From contig JAZLFH010000059.1 in the NCBI GenBank assembly GCA_045615705.1, positions 1,499-65,498 on the forward strand: a DNA stretch of 64,000 nucleotides, given 5' to 3'. This document shows positions 30,401-37,881 of this stretch, piece after piece. A program made the translations under genes and the position numbers. This DNA comes from Clostridia bacterium (GTDB lineage Bacteria; Bacillota; Clostridia; UMGS1883). How positions within the stretch are numbered: the stretch's first letter is position 1; each line of letters starts with the position of its first letter. Below the pieces are notes generated by a model that did no database searches, had not been told where the DNA came from, and saw nothing but the letters and a program-made list of their open reading frames with translations.

Positions 30401-31731
30401 ACAACATTCTTTTTTACATCCTCAAAGCGACCCTTCCAGGTCAAGGTGCTGCGAAAATCCGATTGCCCGAAATTATCATACCAATGCGAAGCCCGCTTTT
30501 GAGCCGGGATATTATTTTCCCAGTAATCATCAACCATTCCGTCATCAACGGCATTTTTGTCGAATGCCTCCGCGGCAATTGATGCATTGAGCATAAAATA
30601 CTTTTCATATTCAAGTCCGAAGTCTTGTATTGCAGAACAAATCAGCATATTGCCGAGTGAATGACCGACCAGATATTTTCTGCCCGGAAGCCGTTCACAT
30701 AAATTTTTAAAATCCTGTGCCGCGGCAAAAGCATTTTCAACATTTGCGTAATAATTCAATGTGAGATTAATAGTACCAAGGAACTTTATCATTGATTCAT
30801 CGCTGTCCCATTCTACTGCCGTAAACATCGAATCCGAGCCGGACTGCCAAAGCCTCTTGTAAAATTCTGACGCTTCTCCTCTCGCTTCATCATGCGTTAC
30901 ATTGTATCCGTGGACAAAGACGAACTGCCTGCCGTCCGAATCCGCATCCTTTCTCGCCGTCGGCTCGTCAGGTACGGATGAATCACCTTGACGAAGATTG
31001 ATTGTGCGGTACATATCCTCAACCTTCGCTACCTTGATAGGCAAATTTAAACTTACCGGATCACGGTCGTCTTTATAACCCGTAAGAACAATATTCCCTT
31101 CACCGAGACCGCTGCCTTCGATCAGTAAAACACCTCTGCCTTCTTGCAAAAAACCATCCGGCAGTTGTGGTTCATCACGGAGAGAAGTGACAGAAGCTTC
31201 ATATACCGGAGTTTCACCATCGAACTCTTTTACATCTATTTTTGTATGAAAATCGCCGGCTTTATCTGCGTTTAGTTTTGTAAACACAACATTTACATTT
31301 GCATCACCTGTGGATTTAAGTTCCCATGTATAATTTTCCCATTCGGGAACCCCGGTCACATCAACCAAAACAGGGAAAAAATCGAGCAGGTCGCAGCGCC
31401 CGTTTACTTTATCGTCATCATAATCCATTTTGTTTCTTTCGTCTGCCGGAGTATCATGTCCGGCAGTATCATGTCCGGCAGTATTTGTATCTCCGGCTGT
31501 TTCGCCGTCACTTGTTCCTTCGGCATCATCGTCATCATTCAGCCAAATGGTAAATACGCCGGTTCCGGATATGGATTTATCATAGTCATATTCGTCAATC
31601 TTGCCATCCCTGTTTAAATCGGGAACCAGTTTCGGCCCCCGTCCGGCCGCAAAGACAGGGATAGTCCCAAGCGGAAGCATTGAGACGATCACAAAAACCG
31701 CAAGTAATAAACTGATAATCTTCTTTTTCAT
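27415..31731 (-). CDS. giant secreted modular surface protein (EF-hand/dockerin-like Ca motif, alpha/beta-hydrolase GHSLG domain, Gly-rich parallel beta-helix repeats, Listeria-Bacteroides (Flg_new) repeats, acidic (D/E)n linker, Cys-rich modules, conserved C-terminal module)
   Basis: The likely start is MKKKIISLLLAVFVIVSMLPLG at 31731, with GGAGGT 9 nt upstream, followed by a signal peptide. It contains DLNRDGKIDEYD, FVFVHGYN...LVGHSLGNMLI, the repeat GGxVTAxG..GAGIGGG, and GYTFEGYYDKFGN. The last 70 aa are near-identical to the paralogue at 32100..36008. Confidence 0.8.
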   Translation of the reverse strand: MKKKIISLLLAVFVIVSMLPLGTIPVFAAGRGPKLVPDLNRDGKIDEYDYDKSISGTGVFTIWLNDDDDAEGTSDGETAGDTNTAGHDTAGHDTPADERNKMDYDDDKVNGRCDLLDFFPVLVDVTGVPEWENYTWELKSTGDANVNVVFTKLNADKAGDFHTKIDVKEFDGETPVYEASVTSLRDEPQLPDGFLQEGRGVLLIEGSGLGEGNIVLTGYKDDRDPVSLNLPIKVAKVEDMYRTINLRQGDSSVPDEPTARKDADSDGRQFVFVHGYNVTHDEARGEASEFYKRLWQSGSDSMFTAVEWDSDESMIKFLGTINLTLNYYANVENAFAAAQDFKNLCERLPGRKYLVGHSLGNMLICSAIQDFGLEYEKYFMLNASIAAEAFDKNAVDDGMVDDYWENNIPAQKRASHWYDNFGQSDFRSTLTWKGRFEDVKKNVVNLYSPSDEFLANCPDDVDREASEEEIRDIFFNKLYTRKSEYKEGHELLKYDGYWAFTEKIKGTDYIKVINNVMYNILGLDATLQMNYEGGWGINENYDPGDISPANTRFTPFIDERMACEEEPFISSSEAFAAFALKAQLLADAIPVESYAAGSNPVSTLKNINLESYIGENPDWPSYIGEDAEENRENIWKHNDATEVAYYHTHKLFDYIAASPWDRLCTREALDGDLEVSVVDSTPYIVTIKLLNDIKAGSHDEPFCVDTSEDHTKVILDLNGHSMDFSQAKGSAIVVKEGTNLTITDSSQSSCGTITGGTGQTLGTGDSKLYGGGVLVKGKLTMTGGTVTGNSADLGGGVYVADGGELTVGGTAKIYGNLSKDGTSDNNLYLQDSKCITVCNSPDGFKQGAQIGISKAGNGRFTTNGADANYFFSDAEGKYIRHETADGGYLELADAPNISVTVTFFDMQGGGDGSEAAEARYTYAMPEITVPTKTGYTFEGYYDKFGNAYYNASGESVRNCDRKSDFTLYAHWKNAAYNIIYKDKAKDKAEDEDEDEDEDEDEDGCDFTGEHEIGYPTTHTYGSVTALKRAVKADYIFLGWFKKSDCSGSPVTSVSANCAEDITLYAKWTQHIHSYGKIIDAGTNGTHTFLCDTCYTNQGGECYEPTKTESCTYVNGYCSVCGAKDPSCCYIARSLDEQNQKVTEQLLEIPAGATVLSDETAWNGGFYIADGTVNLSSVTVTGDVSLILMDGCELTVGGIKVEGENSLTVHAQKGGTGKLIANGGTYSAGIGGGMSASCGNITIHGGEIVANSSSNGAGIGTGMFGGNGGSVTVYGGDVTATGLLSAQGIGHGNTTNGDLTGVAIYGGKVTATGSVSETAIGADVITIGENMAVYDKNENRVSFDSTMPYVKIVEKDSLALDTTWNTFTVTPNGENTNKGIVIVALYDNENLNQLLDVKTFDLTKTDDLTGKFTQSGYVKAFWWSSLSDITPLCKAKGED

Positions 31732-32009
31732 ACTCTTGTACCTCCTGAAATTGCTTTTCATATTCTACTTTACACTATCAATTGCTTCTATTATTGAAAT
31801 TTTTATAAAAATTTAACTGTGTTTTTCTTGTGTATGTAATAAAATGACACAACAAAACCAATTATACATTTTAATTATAGCACTTTTGATTGTGACTTTC
31901 AAGATGCCAAAGCCATTTTCTCTCTTTGCAAGTTTTCCACAAAATTAACAAAATGCTTTGAATTTTATCTTACTAAACTCTCTTATGCAAACTTGTGTCA
32001 AATAAAGAC

Positions 32010-32052
32010 AAAAAAGATAATGGATACTTTTGAGTATTCATTATCTTTTTTT
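32010..32052. terminator. bidirectional intrinsic terminator between the two giant genes
   Basis: aaaaagataatggatacttttgagtattcattatcttttttt. Confidence 0.5.
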
Positions 32053-32099
32053 ATAATATTTAATTTATATTGTGCCTGAATTTTAATCTGCTGTGATTT

Positions 32100-35000
32100 T
32101 TAATCTTCTCCTTTTGCTTTGCAAAGAGGAGTTATATCGGAAAGCGATGACCACCAAAAAGCTTTAACATATCCGCTTTGGGTAAATTTACCTTCCGGCT
32201 TATCTGTTTTCGTAAGGTCAAAAGTTTTCACATCAAGAAGTCTTGTCATATATTCGCTGTCATAAAGTGCAACAATGACAACACCCTTGTTTGTATCCTC
32301 GCCGTTTGGCGTTACCTTGAAGTCATTGCCCGAAATGTCAAGGGTAAGGGAATCCGGCACAAATGTTTTTGTTATCTTTGCAAACCGGTAATCGCTTACG
32401 CTTTTGCCGCTTGGAAGCGGAATAAACTCGTCGGTTTCATTCGCCCTGACCTGAACCGTGCCGTCAATCACGCCGCCCTCGTTAAGTATAACACTTGCAC
32501 CGGTTGCGCCGTCAGAACGGTAGCCTCCTTCATTATCTTTTCCTCCGGCACCGCCGTTGCCGCCGGTCGCATTGACCGAACCTTCATTTATTACAAGGCT
32601 TAAGCATTTTATTCCGGAGCCGCCGTCGCCTCCGGAATGAGCTGTTCCCCAAGAGGCGCCGGCACTAAAACCTTTGCCGCCGACACCGCCGACAGCTGTG
32701 ACGGTCGCATTGTTCACGGTAAGGATTGAAACATCAATTGCGTTGCCGCCTTTAAGTGATTTGCCGTAGCCGCCATTACCGCCTTTTACCGATACCGAAA
32801 CGCCGATGATTGTAAGAGCGGAAACGGTTATCGCATTACCGCCTTCAACCTTCTCCGGCCCGTTCGGACCGTAACAATTCAGCTGACCTGCCTTGCTGCC
32901 TGTACTTTGCGAATGTAGATACAAATGTGCGTCCTCGCCGGAAATAGTGTCTTTTATAAAAATGGGATTTTCATTTGTCTGAATCATAAGTGTGCTTTCG
33001 TCCGTCAAAATCAAATGCACATCACCCGAAACCGACACATTACCCGTTATTCCTACGCCATCCTTTACAACATACCATTTGCCGGCTTCCCATTCGGTCG
33101 GCTTGTGGTTTTCGTCAATCACTTCATAATCTAAACAGACCGATTGTTTTAGTTCCTTGCTTACTTCATCATAGTATAGGTACGGCACGACGGAACTTTC
33201 CGCTACGAGTCGGTAATAGGTGTCGGTGAGGATTTGTGCCCAATATAATCCCCCAACTTGTCTGACAACTTCCTCGTTTGCCCGGTTGTAAACTTTCACA
33301 GTATCTCTTCCGTTATAGTAAATTTCAATACCATTCGGGTCGCTGACCGAAAAAGCCTTTTCCCCGCCCTGCACGGTTACATTGGCGGGGCGAAGGATTC
33401 CGGTGCTGTTACTGAACTTCGACGTTTTTGTCTGAATGCCATATTTACTTCCCGTGACGGAAAGATTACCGCCGGTAACTTCAAGGTGATTTGCCAAAAT
33501 TCCTACTTCACCTTCCGTCGTTACAGTCACATTTGCGTTCTCGCTGATTGTAATTGTATGAAATTTAGCGTAAATGCCGTTATACCCTCCTGTTACGGTT
33601 ACGGTGCCGCCTTTGATAGAAAGGTCGCCGTCGTTTATGATAATAACTTCATGAACATTGGCTACATTATTTACGGTCACGGTACCGCCGGAGACATGCA
33701 TTCCATCGTCTACTATAATAGAATATATGGAGAAGCCTGTCGGAACGACACCGCTCACGGTCAAAGCTCCGTTGCTAATCTCCAGGTGACAACATTTAAT
33801 GAAACCTGCTGTTATGTTTCCGCCGAGGATGGAAATGTCCAATCTCCAGCTGTCAAAAGAATCAACATTCAGGCAGCCCTTGGTGCTCCCGTCCGACTGG
33901 GCATAAACCTTAATATGGCCGCCTTCGCTCGTTATATTTCCGTTTACCGTCAGCGTTTTGCCGTCGCACAGGATCAGGCAGACAGTGCCGGAAAGCGAAA
34001 TGTCTCCGTCTATCGTTATGTTCTCGTTTACCACATACCAGCCGGCGTTTTCTTCATCCGCCCCGCCTGTCCATGTTGTGGTGTCCTGCATCACAGGGGT
34101 ATAGCTCTTGCACTCGGCATAGGCATTACCGGACATCCAATATTTCACCGCAGGCAATGTACCATCTGCAATATGGATTGCTTTATATCCCGACAGAGAA
34201 TTGTATAAATCCTTTTCTTCCGTTACGGGAGAGACAGAAAGCTCTGTGCCGCTTAAATCCTTTACGGTAAATTTTTTGTCCGCATTGGCATAAACCTTAA
34301 CCGAATAAGCAATTACGGCATCTTTGGTGCTTTTGCTGTCGGCAATAATATCGCCGCCGTAAATGGAAATTTTGTTTCTGTAAATACCCCTCGAACCGCC
34401 GCCGAGTGCCATACTGCCGTTGCCGTACGCTTTCACGGTGCCGCCGTATACGGTAATACTGCCGCCGTTGCCTTCATAGCCGTTGCCGATGCCGGCACCT
34501 AGGTTGCCGCCGGTAGCAGTCACCGTGCCACCGTATATCGTTATATCGCCGCAGTCGCGTTCATGACCGCCGCCGATACCGGCTCCGTCATTACCGCCGT
34601 AAGCCGTAACAATACCTCCGTTGATGGTAAGTGTGCCGCTGTCTTCCTTGTCATAACTGCCAATACCTGCCGCACTTGAGCCGCCGTATGCAACGATGCT
34701 GCCGGTATCGTTTTTCTGACCGTAAATTGTCAGAGAATCACTTGCACCGAAAGTACCGCCATCAGTCAATTCTATTGCGGCGTGCACATTCCCGGGCGAA
34801 GGGATTTTCAGCTCGCAATCGTCGCAAAGAACAAGATTTACATCGCCGTTCACAGTGATATGTTTGCCCTCCGGCAGCGTAACGCTTTCCGAAAGAACAT
34901 ACCAGCCGCTTTCAAGTTCTCTTGTGTCCGCCGTGATTTTTTGGGCTGTTTCCGGGATATCTTCCTCCGTGGAAACAACCTGCTTTTTGTCGCTGTCCCA

Positions 35001-36008
35001 GCTCCGGGCGATATATTTGCCCAAGTTGTGTGCACCGCATGCGCATACGCCGTCTTCATATGTATGTGCTTCGGGAGTGCCAAATTCCTCACACCCCGTG
35101 CATTTGTATGCGTGCGTGCCGTCGCCGTTGTTCACACAGTCCCCGGTGAAATTGTGGCTGTGCGGAGGATAGATAATGGATACATAGTGGTATCTGTATT
35201 TTCTGTAATCTTCGACTGTAACGGGCTTACTGTCATCAGCTGTGTCACCCGCTCGGATCTCCAGACCGTTCGCCACGGTAAATTCGCCCTCACCTATGTG
35301 ATTGCCTGCGCCGATGCCCGAGTTTCTGGCCGATGTAGCCGTGACGGTACCGCCATACACGGTCACTTTGCTGCCGCTTCCCCAATGACCGCCGCCGATG
35401 CCTGCACCGTATGTGGATGTAGCCACGATGGTGCCGCCGTACACGGTAACTGCACCGGCACTGATGAAGTCATCATTGTAGCCGTCGTCGCCGATGCCTG
35501 CACCGTATTTGGATGCAGCCACGATGGTGCCGCCGAATATGTTCACTGTGCCGGTGTTGGTGTTGTGGTCGCCTGCTCCGATGGCGGCAGAATACTCGTT
35601 AGGATAACTGTCGCAGTGTGCTTCGATTACGCCTATATTCTTTTGCTGACCGTAAATATTCAGCGTATAACCTTCGGCAACCTCTATACCGGCTGCCGCA
35701 GTAAGCGTAAAACCATCAAGCAGAACGATATTGGTTGGGTTGTTGGTTGTGCCTTTTACCACGATCCGGTTCCCGTTTGTAACGGTTTTGCGGACAACAT
35801 ACCAGCCGCCGGAAAGTTCGGTGGTGTCCGCCGTGATTTCTCCGGCGTATGTAGGAATATCCTTTGCCGTGGAAACGACCTGCTTTTTTGTTTCGTCCCA
35901 GCTCCGGGCGATGTATTTACCGCCCGTTTCCGCCGAAACCGTTACCGGCAAAAGCGATACCACCATCGCCAGCACAATTATTATGCTTAGTAATTTTTTT
36001 GTTTTCAT
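32100..36008 (-). CDS. giant secreted Gly-rich beta-helix surface protein, paralogue of 27415..31731
   Basis: Signal peptide MKTKKLLSIIIVLAMVVSLLPVTVSA. The (K/C)YIARSWD...GWYVV...LVL.DG module is repeated (aa 31 and 330). It has AGIGGG/GAGIG beta-helix repeats and a Cys-rich insert. Its C-terminal 70 aa and 3' flank match the first giant gene at the nucleotide level. Confidence 0.8.
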   Translation of the reverse strand: MKTKKLLSIIIVLAMVVSLLPVTVSAETGGKYIARSWDETKKQVVSTAKDIPTYAGEITADTTELSGGWYVVRKTVTNGNRIVVKGTTNNPTNIVLLDGFTLTAAAGIEVAEGYTLNIYGQQKNIGVIEAHCDSYPNEYSAAIGAGDHNTNTGTVNIFGGTIVAASKYGAGIGDDGYNDDFISAGAVTVYGGTIVATSTYGAGIGGGHWGSGSKVTVYGGTVTATSARNSGIGAGNHIGEGEFTVANGLEIRAGDTADDSKPVTVEDYRKYRYHYVSIIYPPHSHNFTGDCVNNGDGTHAYKCTGCEEFGTPEAHTYEDGVCACGAHNLGKYIARSWDSDKKQVVSTEEDIPETAQKITADTRELESGWYVLSESVTLPEGKHITVNGDVNLVLCDDCELKIPSPGNVHAAIELTDGGTFGASDSLTIYGQKNDTGSIVAYGGSSAAGIGSYDKEDSGTLTINGGIVTAYGGNDGAGIGGGHERDCGDITIYGGTVTATGGNLGAGIGNGYEGNGGSITVYGGTVKAYGNGSMALGGGSRGIYRNKISIYGGDIIADSKSTKDAVIAYSVKVYANADKKFTVKDLSGTELSVSPVTEEKDLYNSLSGYKAIHIADGTLPAVKYWMSGNAYAECKSYTPVMQDTTTWTGGADEENAGWYVVNENITIDGDISLSGTVCLILCDGKTLTVNGNITSEGGHIKVYAQSDGSTKGCLNVDSFDSWRLDISILGGNITAGFIKCCHLEISNGALTVSGVVPTGFSIYSIIVDDGMHVSGGTVTVNNVANVHEVIIINDGDLSIKGGTVTVTGGYNGIYAKFHTITISENANVTVTTEGEVGILANHLEVTGGNLSVTGSKYGIQTKTSKFSNSTGILRPANVTVQGGEKAFSVSDPNGIEIYYNGRDTVKVYNRANEEVVRQVGGLYWAQILTDTYYRLVAESSVVPYLYYDEVSKELKQSVCLDYEVIDENHKPTEWEAGKWYVVKDGVGITGNVSVSGDVHLILTDESTLMIQTNENPIFIKDTISGEDAHLYLHSQSTGSKAGQLNCYGPNGPEKVEGGNAITVSALTIIGVSVSVKGGNGGYGKSLKGGNAIDVSILTVNNATVTAVGGVGGKGFSAGASWGTAHSGGDGGSGIKCLSLVINEGSVNATGGNGGAGGKDNEGGYRSDGATGASVILNEGGVIDGTVQVRANETDEFIPLPSGKSVSDYRFAKITKTFVPDSLTLDISGNDFKVTPNGEDTNKGVVIVALYDSEYMTRLLDVKTFDLTKTDKPEGKFTQSGYVKAFWWSSLSDITPLCKAKGED

Positions 36009-36169
36009 AATGAAAACCTCACTTTCCCTAAATTGCTTCTATGTTTTTGAAATTTTTATGCAAATTTAACTGTGTTTTTCTTGTATATATAATCAAATGA
36101 CACAACAAACCTAACTATTCATCTTAATTATAGCACTTTAAAAGAAAATTTTCAAGATGCCAAAGCCGT

Positions 36170-36290
36170 TTTCTCTCTTTTTTACAGGAAAATTTTTTCT
36201 TGTACAAAGTTTTCCTTAAAAGTGGCGAAAGCCTTCTGTTTTATTAAACAAAAGGCTTTGAATTTTATCTTATTATACGAAAAAACTCGA
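36170..36290 (-). promoter_or_regulatory. conserved roughly 110-nt leader/promoter cassette (copy A), shared upstream element of three consecutive minus-strand genes
   Basis: Near-identical copies sit at 37598..37720 (upstream of the decarboxylase gene) and partially at 31900..31985 (upstream of the first giant gene). Each copy contains the hairpin AAAGCCTT...AAGGCTTT, the 8-bp palindrome TTGTACAA, and a -10-like TAAAAT at its edge. Confidence 0.55.
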
Positions 36291-36330
36291 AAATGGCTAC
36301 TGTTTTTATTTTTTTCGCCTTGTGTACATA

Positions 36331-37476
36331 TCAACGATTTAAGTCTTCGATAAACTCGTCAATGATATTTTTCTTCACATGCTGCATCACGACTATATGG
36401 GAAAGTTCCCCGCCGTATTCCGGGAGAAAGCCGTTTGCAAGTGAATATTTCTTCCGTATCCACTCCGGCGGACGCTTGAAAAACACCGTGTTGCTATACG
36501 GCATATGCCATGCGGGATAACCGATTTCGTCAAATTTTTCCTGAAGATATCTCGTGTTTTCGAGCATGGACTCGGCTTCTTTTTCAAAAGCATCATATCC
36601 CATATGATGTAAAATCCAATAAAATTTAAGCGGTGCAACAGCACTTCTTGAACAGCTGATCAGCGGCATATCATTATTGAGATACTCCACCTTTGCTGCC
36701 CTTTGTGCCGCCAAAACATCTTTTCGGCTCAAAAACAAGCCACACGGTTCATCAATGCCGAAAAACTTATGACCGCTGATGGCAATCGAATCGTATCCCT
36801 GCTTTTCCATGCTTACAATATCTTTATATTCCGTAAATGGGAAATAACCGCCGAACAAAGCGGCATCAAGATGCTTATAAACGCCGACCGGTTTTACTTC
36901 TTCCAATACTTTTCCGATTGAGGCTTGGTCATCTGTGGCTCCCATAAATGTGGACCCGATGGCAAAAACGATCAATGCCGGTCTTGTCGGGTCAAGGTTT
37001 TCTCTGAATGAATCCGGATCCATGCGTCCCAGATTATCATAATCAATCATTCGGTTTTCAAGATTCTGGACATCACACAAACGGGATGAAGAATAATGCG
37101 CTTCTTTGGAAATATAGACAATCGGAAGCATTCCGGTTTCTTTTTGAAGTTTCTTTGCACCGAAATAAATTCCGTGCATATTTCCGTCTGTTCCGCTGTT
37201 AGTAACAAAGCCCCATTCCTCGCCTTTCGGGATACCGTAGAGCGGTGCAAAAGTCTGAATGACTTCTCTTTCGATCAAAGTGGCGCTCAACAGGTACTGT
37301 TCATCGTCAAACGGATTTCCTACATTGTTAGTCGCAATATCACACAGCCCGGTTTTGGCGTACCATTCACCAAACCCTGCCATATTAGGATATTGACAAA
37401 CGGGATACCCAATACTGTAATCTACATTTTTATAGAATTCTTTTACAAGATTAATCAGGCGTTCTTCAACTTCCAT
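36331..37476 (-). CDS. PLP-dependent group II amino-acid decarboxylase, histidine-decarboxylase-like (HdcA-type fold)
   Basis: The 381-aa protein has GYPVCQYP, WGFVTNSGTDGNMHG, the PLP-lysine motif SGHKFFGIDEPCG and HxD. These align with Gram-negative PLP histidine decarboxylases. A GGAGG ribosome-binding site is present. Confidence 0.7.
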   Translation of the reverse strand: MEVEERLINLVKEFYKNVDYSIGYPVCQYPNMAGFGEWYAKTGLCDIATNNVGNPFDDEQYLLSATLIEREVIQTFAPLYGIPKGEEWGFVTNSGTDGNMHGIYFGAKKLQKETGMLPIVYISKEAHYSSSRLCDVQNLENRMIDYDNLGRMDPDSFRENLDPTRPALIVFAIGSTFMGATDDQASIGKVLEEVKPVGVYKHLDAALFGGYFPFTEYKDIVSMEKQGYDSIAISGHKFFGIDEPCGLFLSRKDVLAAQRAAKVEYLNNDMPLISCSRSAVAPLKFYWILHHMGYDAFEKEAESMLENTRYLQEKFDEIGYPAWHMPYSNTVFFKRPPEWIRKKYSLANGFLPEYGGELSHIVVMQHVKKNIIDEFIEDLNR

Positions 37477-37597
37477 TTTCGCTTCCTCCGTTATTTCAGT
37501 TGTTTTTTTATTCAGAGTTTTCGTCTTTTTGTGTATAACTTAATAAGGAATTATAGCATATTTTTCCTTTGGTTACAAGGTTTTTGTCATATTTTTG

Positions 37598-37720
37598 GGT
37601 TTTCACCGTTTTCTCTCTTTTTTACAGGATTTTTTCTTGTACAAAGTTTTTCCGTAAAAGTGGCGAAAGCCTTCTGTTTTATTAAACAAAAGGCTTTAAA
37701 TTTTATCTTACCAAACTTTC
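37598..37720 (-). promoter_or_regulatory. conserved leader/promoter cassette (copy B) upstream of the decarboxylase gene
   Basis: About 95% identical to 36170..36290. Its edge carries TTTACA-18-TAAAAT on the minus strand. Confidence 0.5.
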
Positions 37721-37881
37721 ATATGTAAACATTATAACTAATATATCAGGTGTTCTCACATGATTTTTTTATTTCATAATTAAATACCGAGTTTTATAAT
37801 TTCTGCTGTCTTTTAGCATTCCTTAACTTTTTCTTGCAATATATACTATTTGTTGGTAAAATCATATAAGTAACTGAAAGG

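Noticed and set aside
31731-31761. Upstream extension MKSNFRRYKS of the first giant gene
   Set aside because: The extension contains the GGAGGT ribosome-binding site for the downstream ATG, and the signal peptide begins at MKKKIIS.
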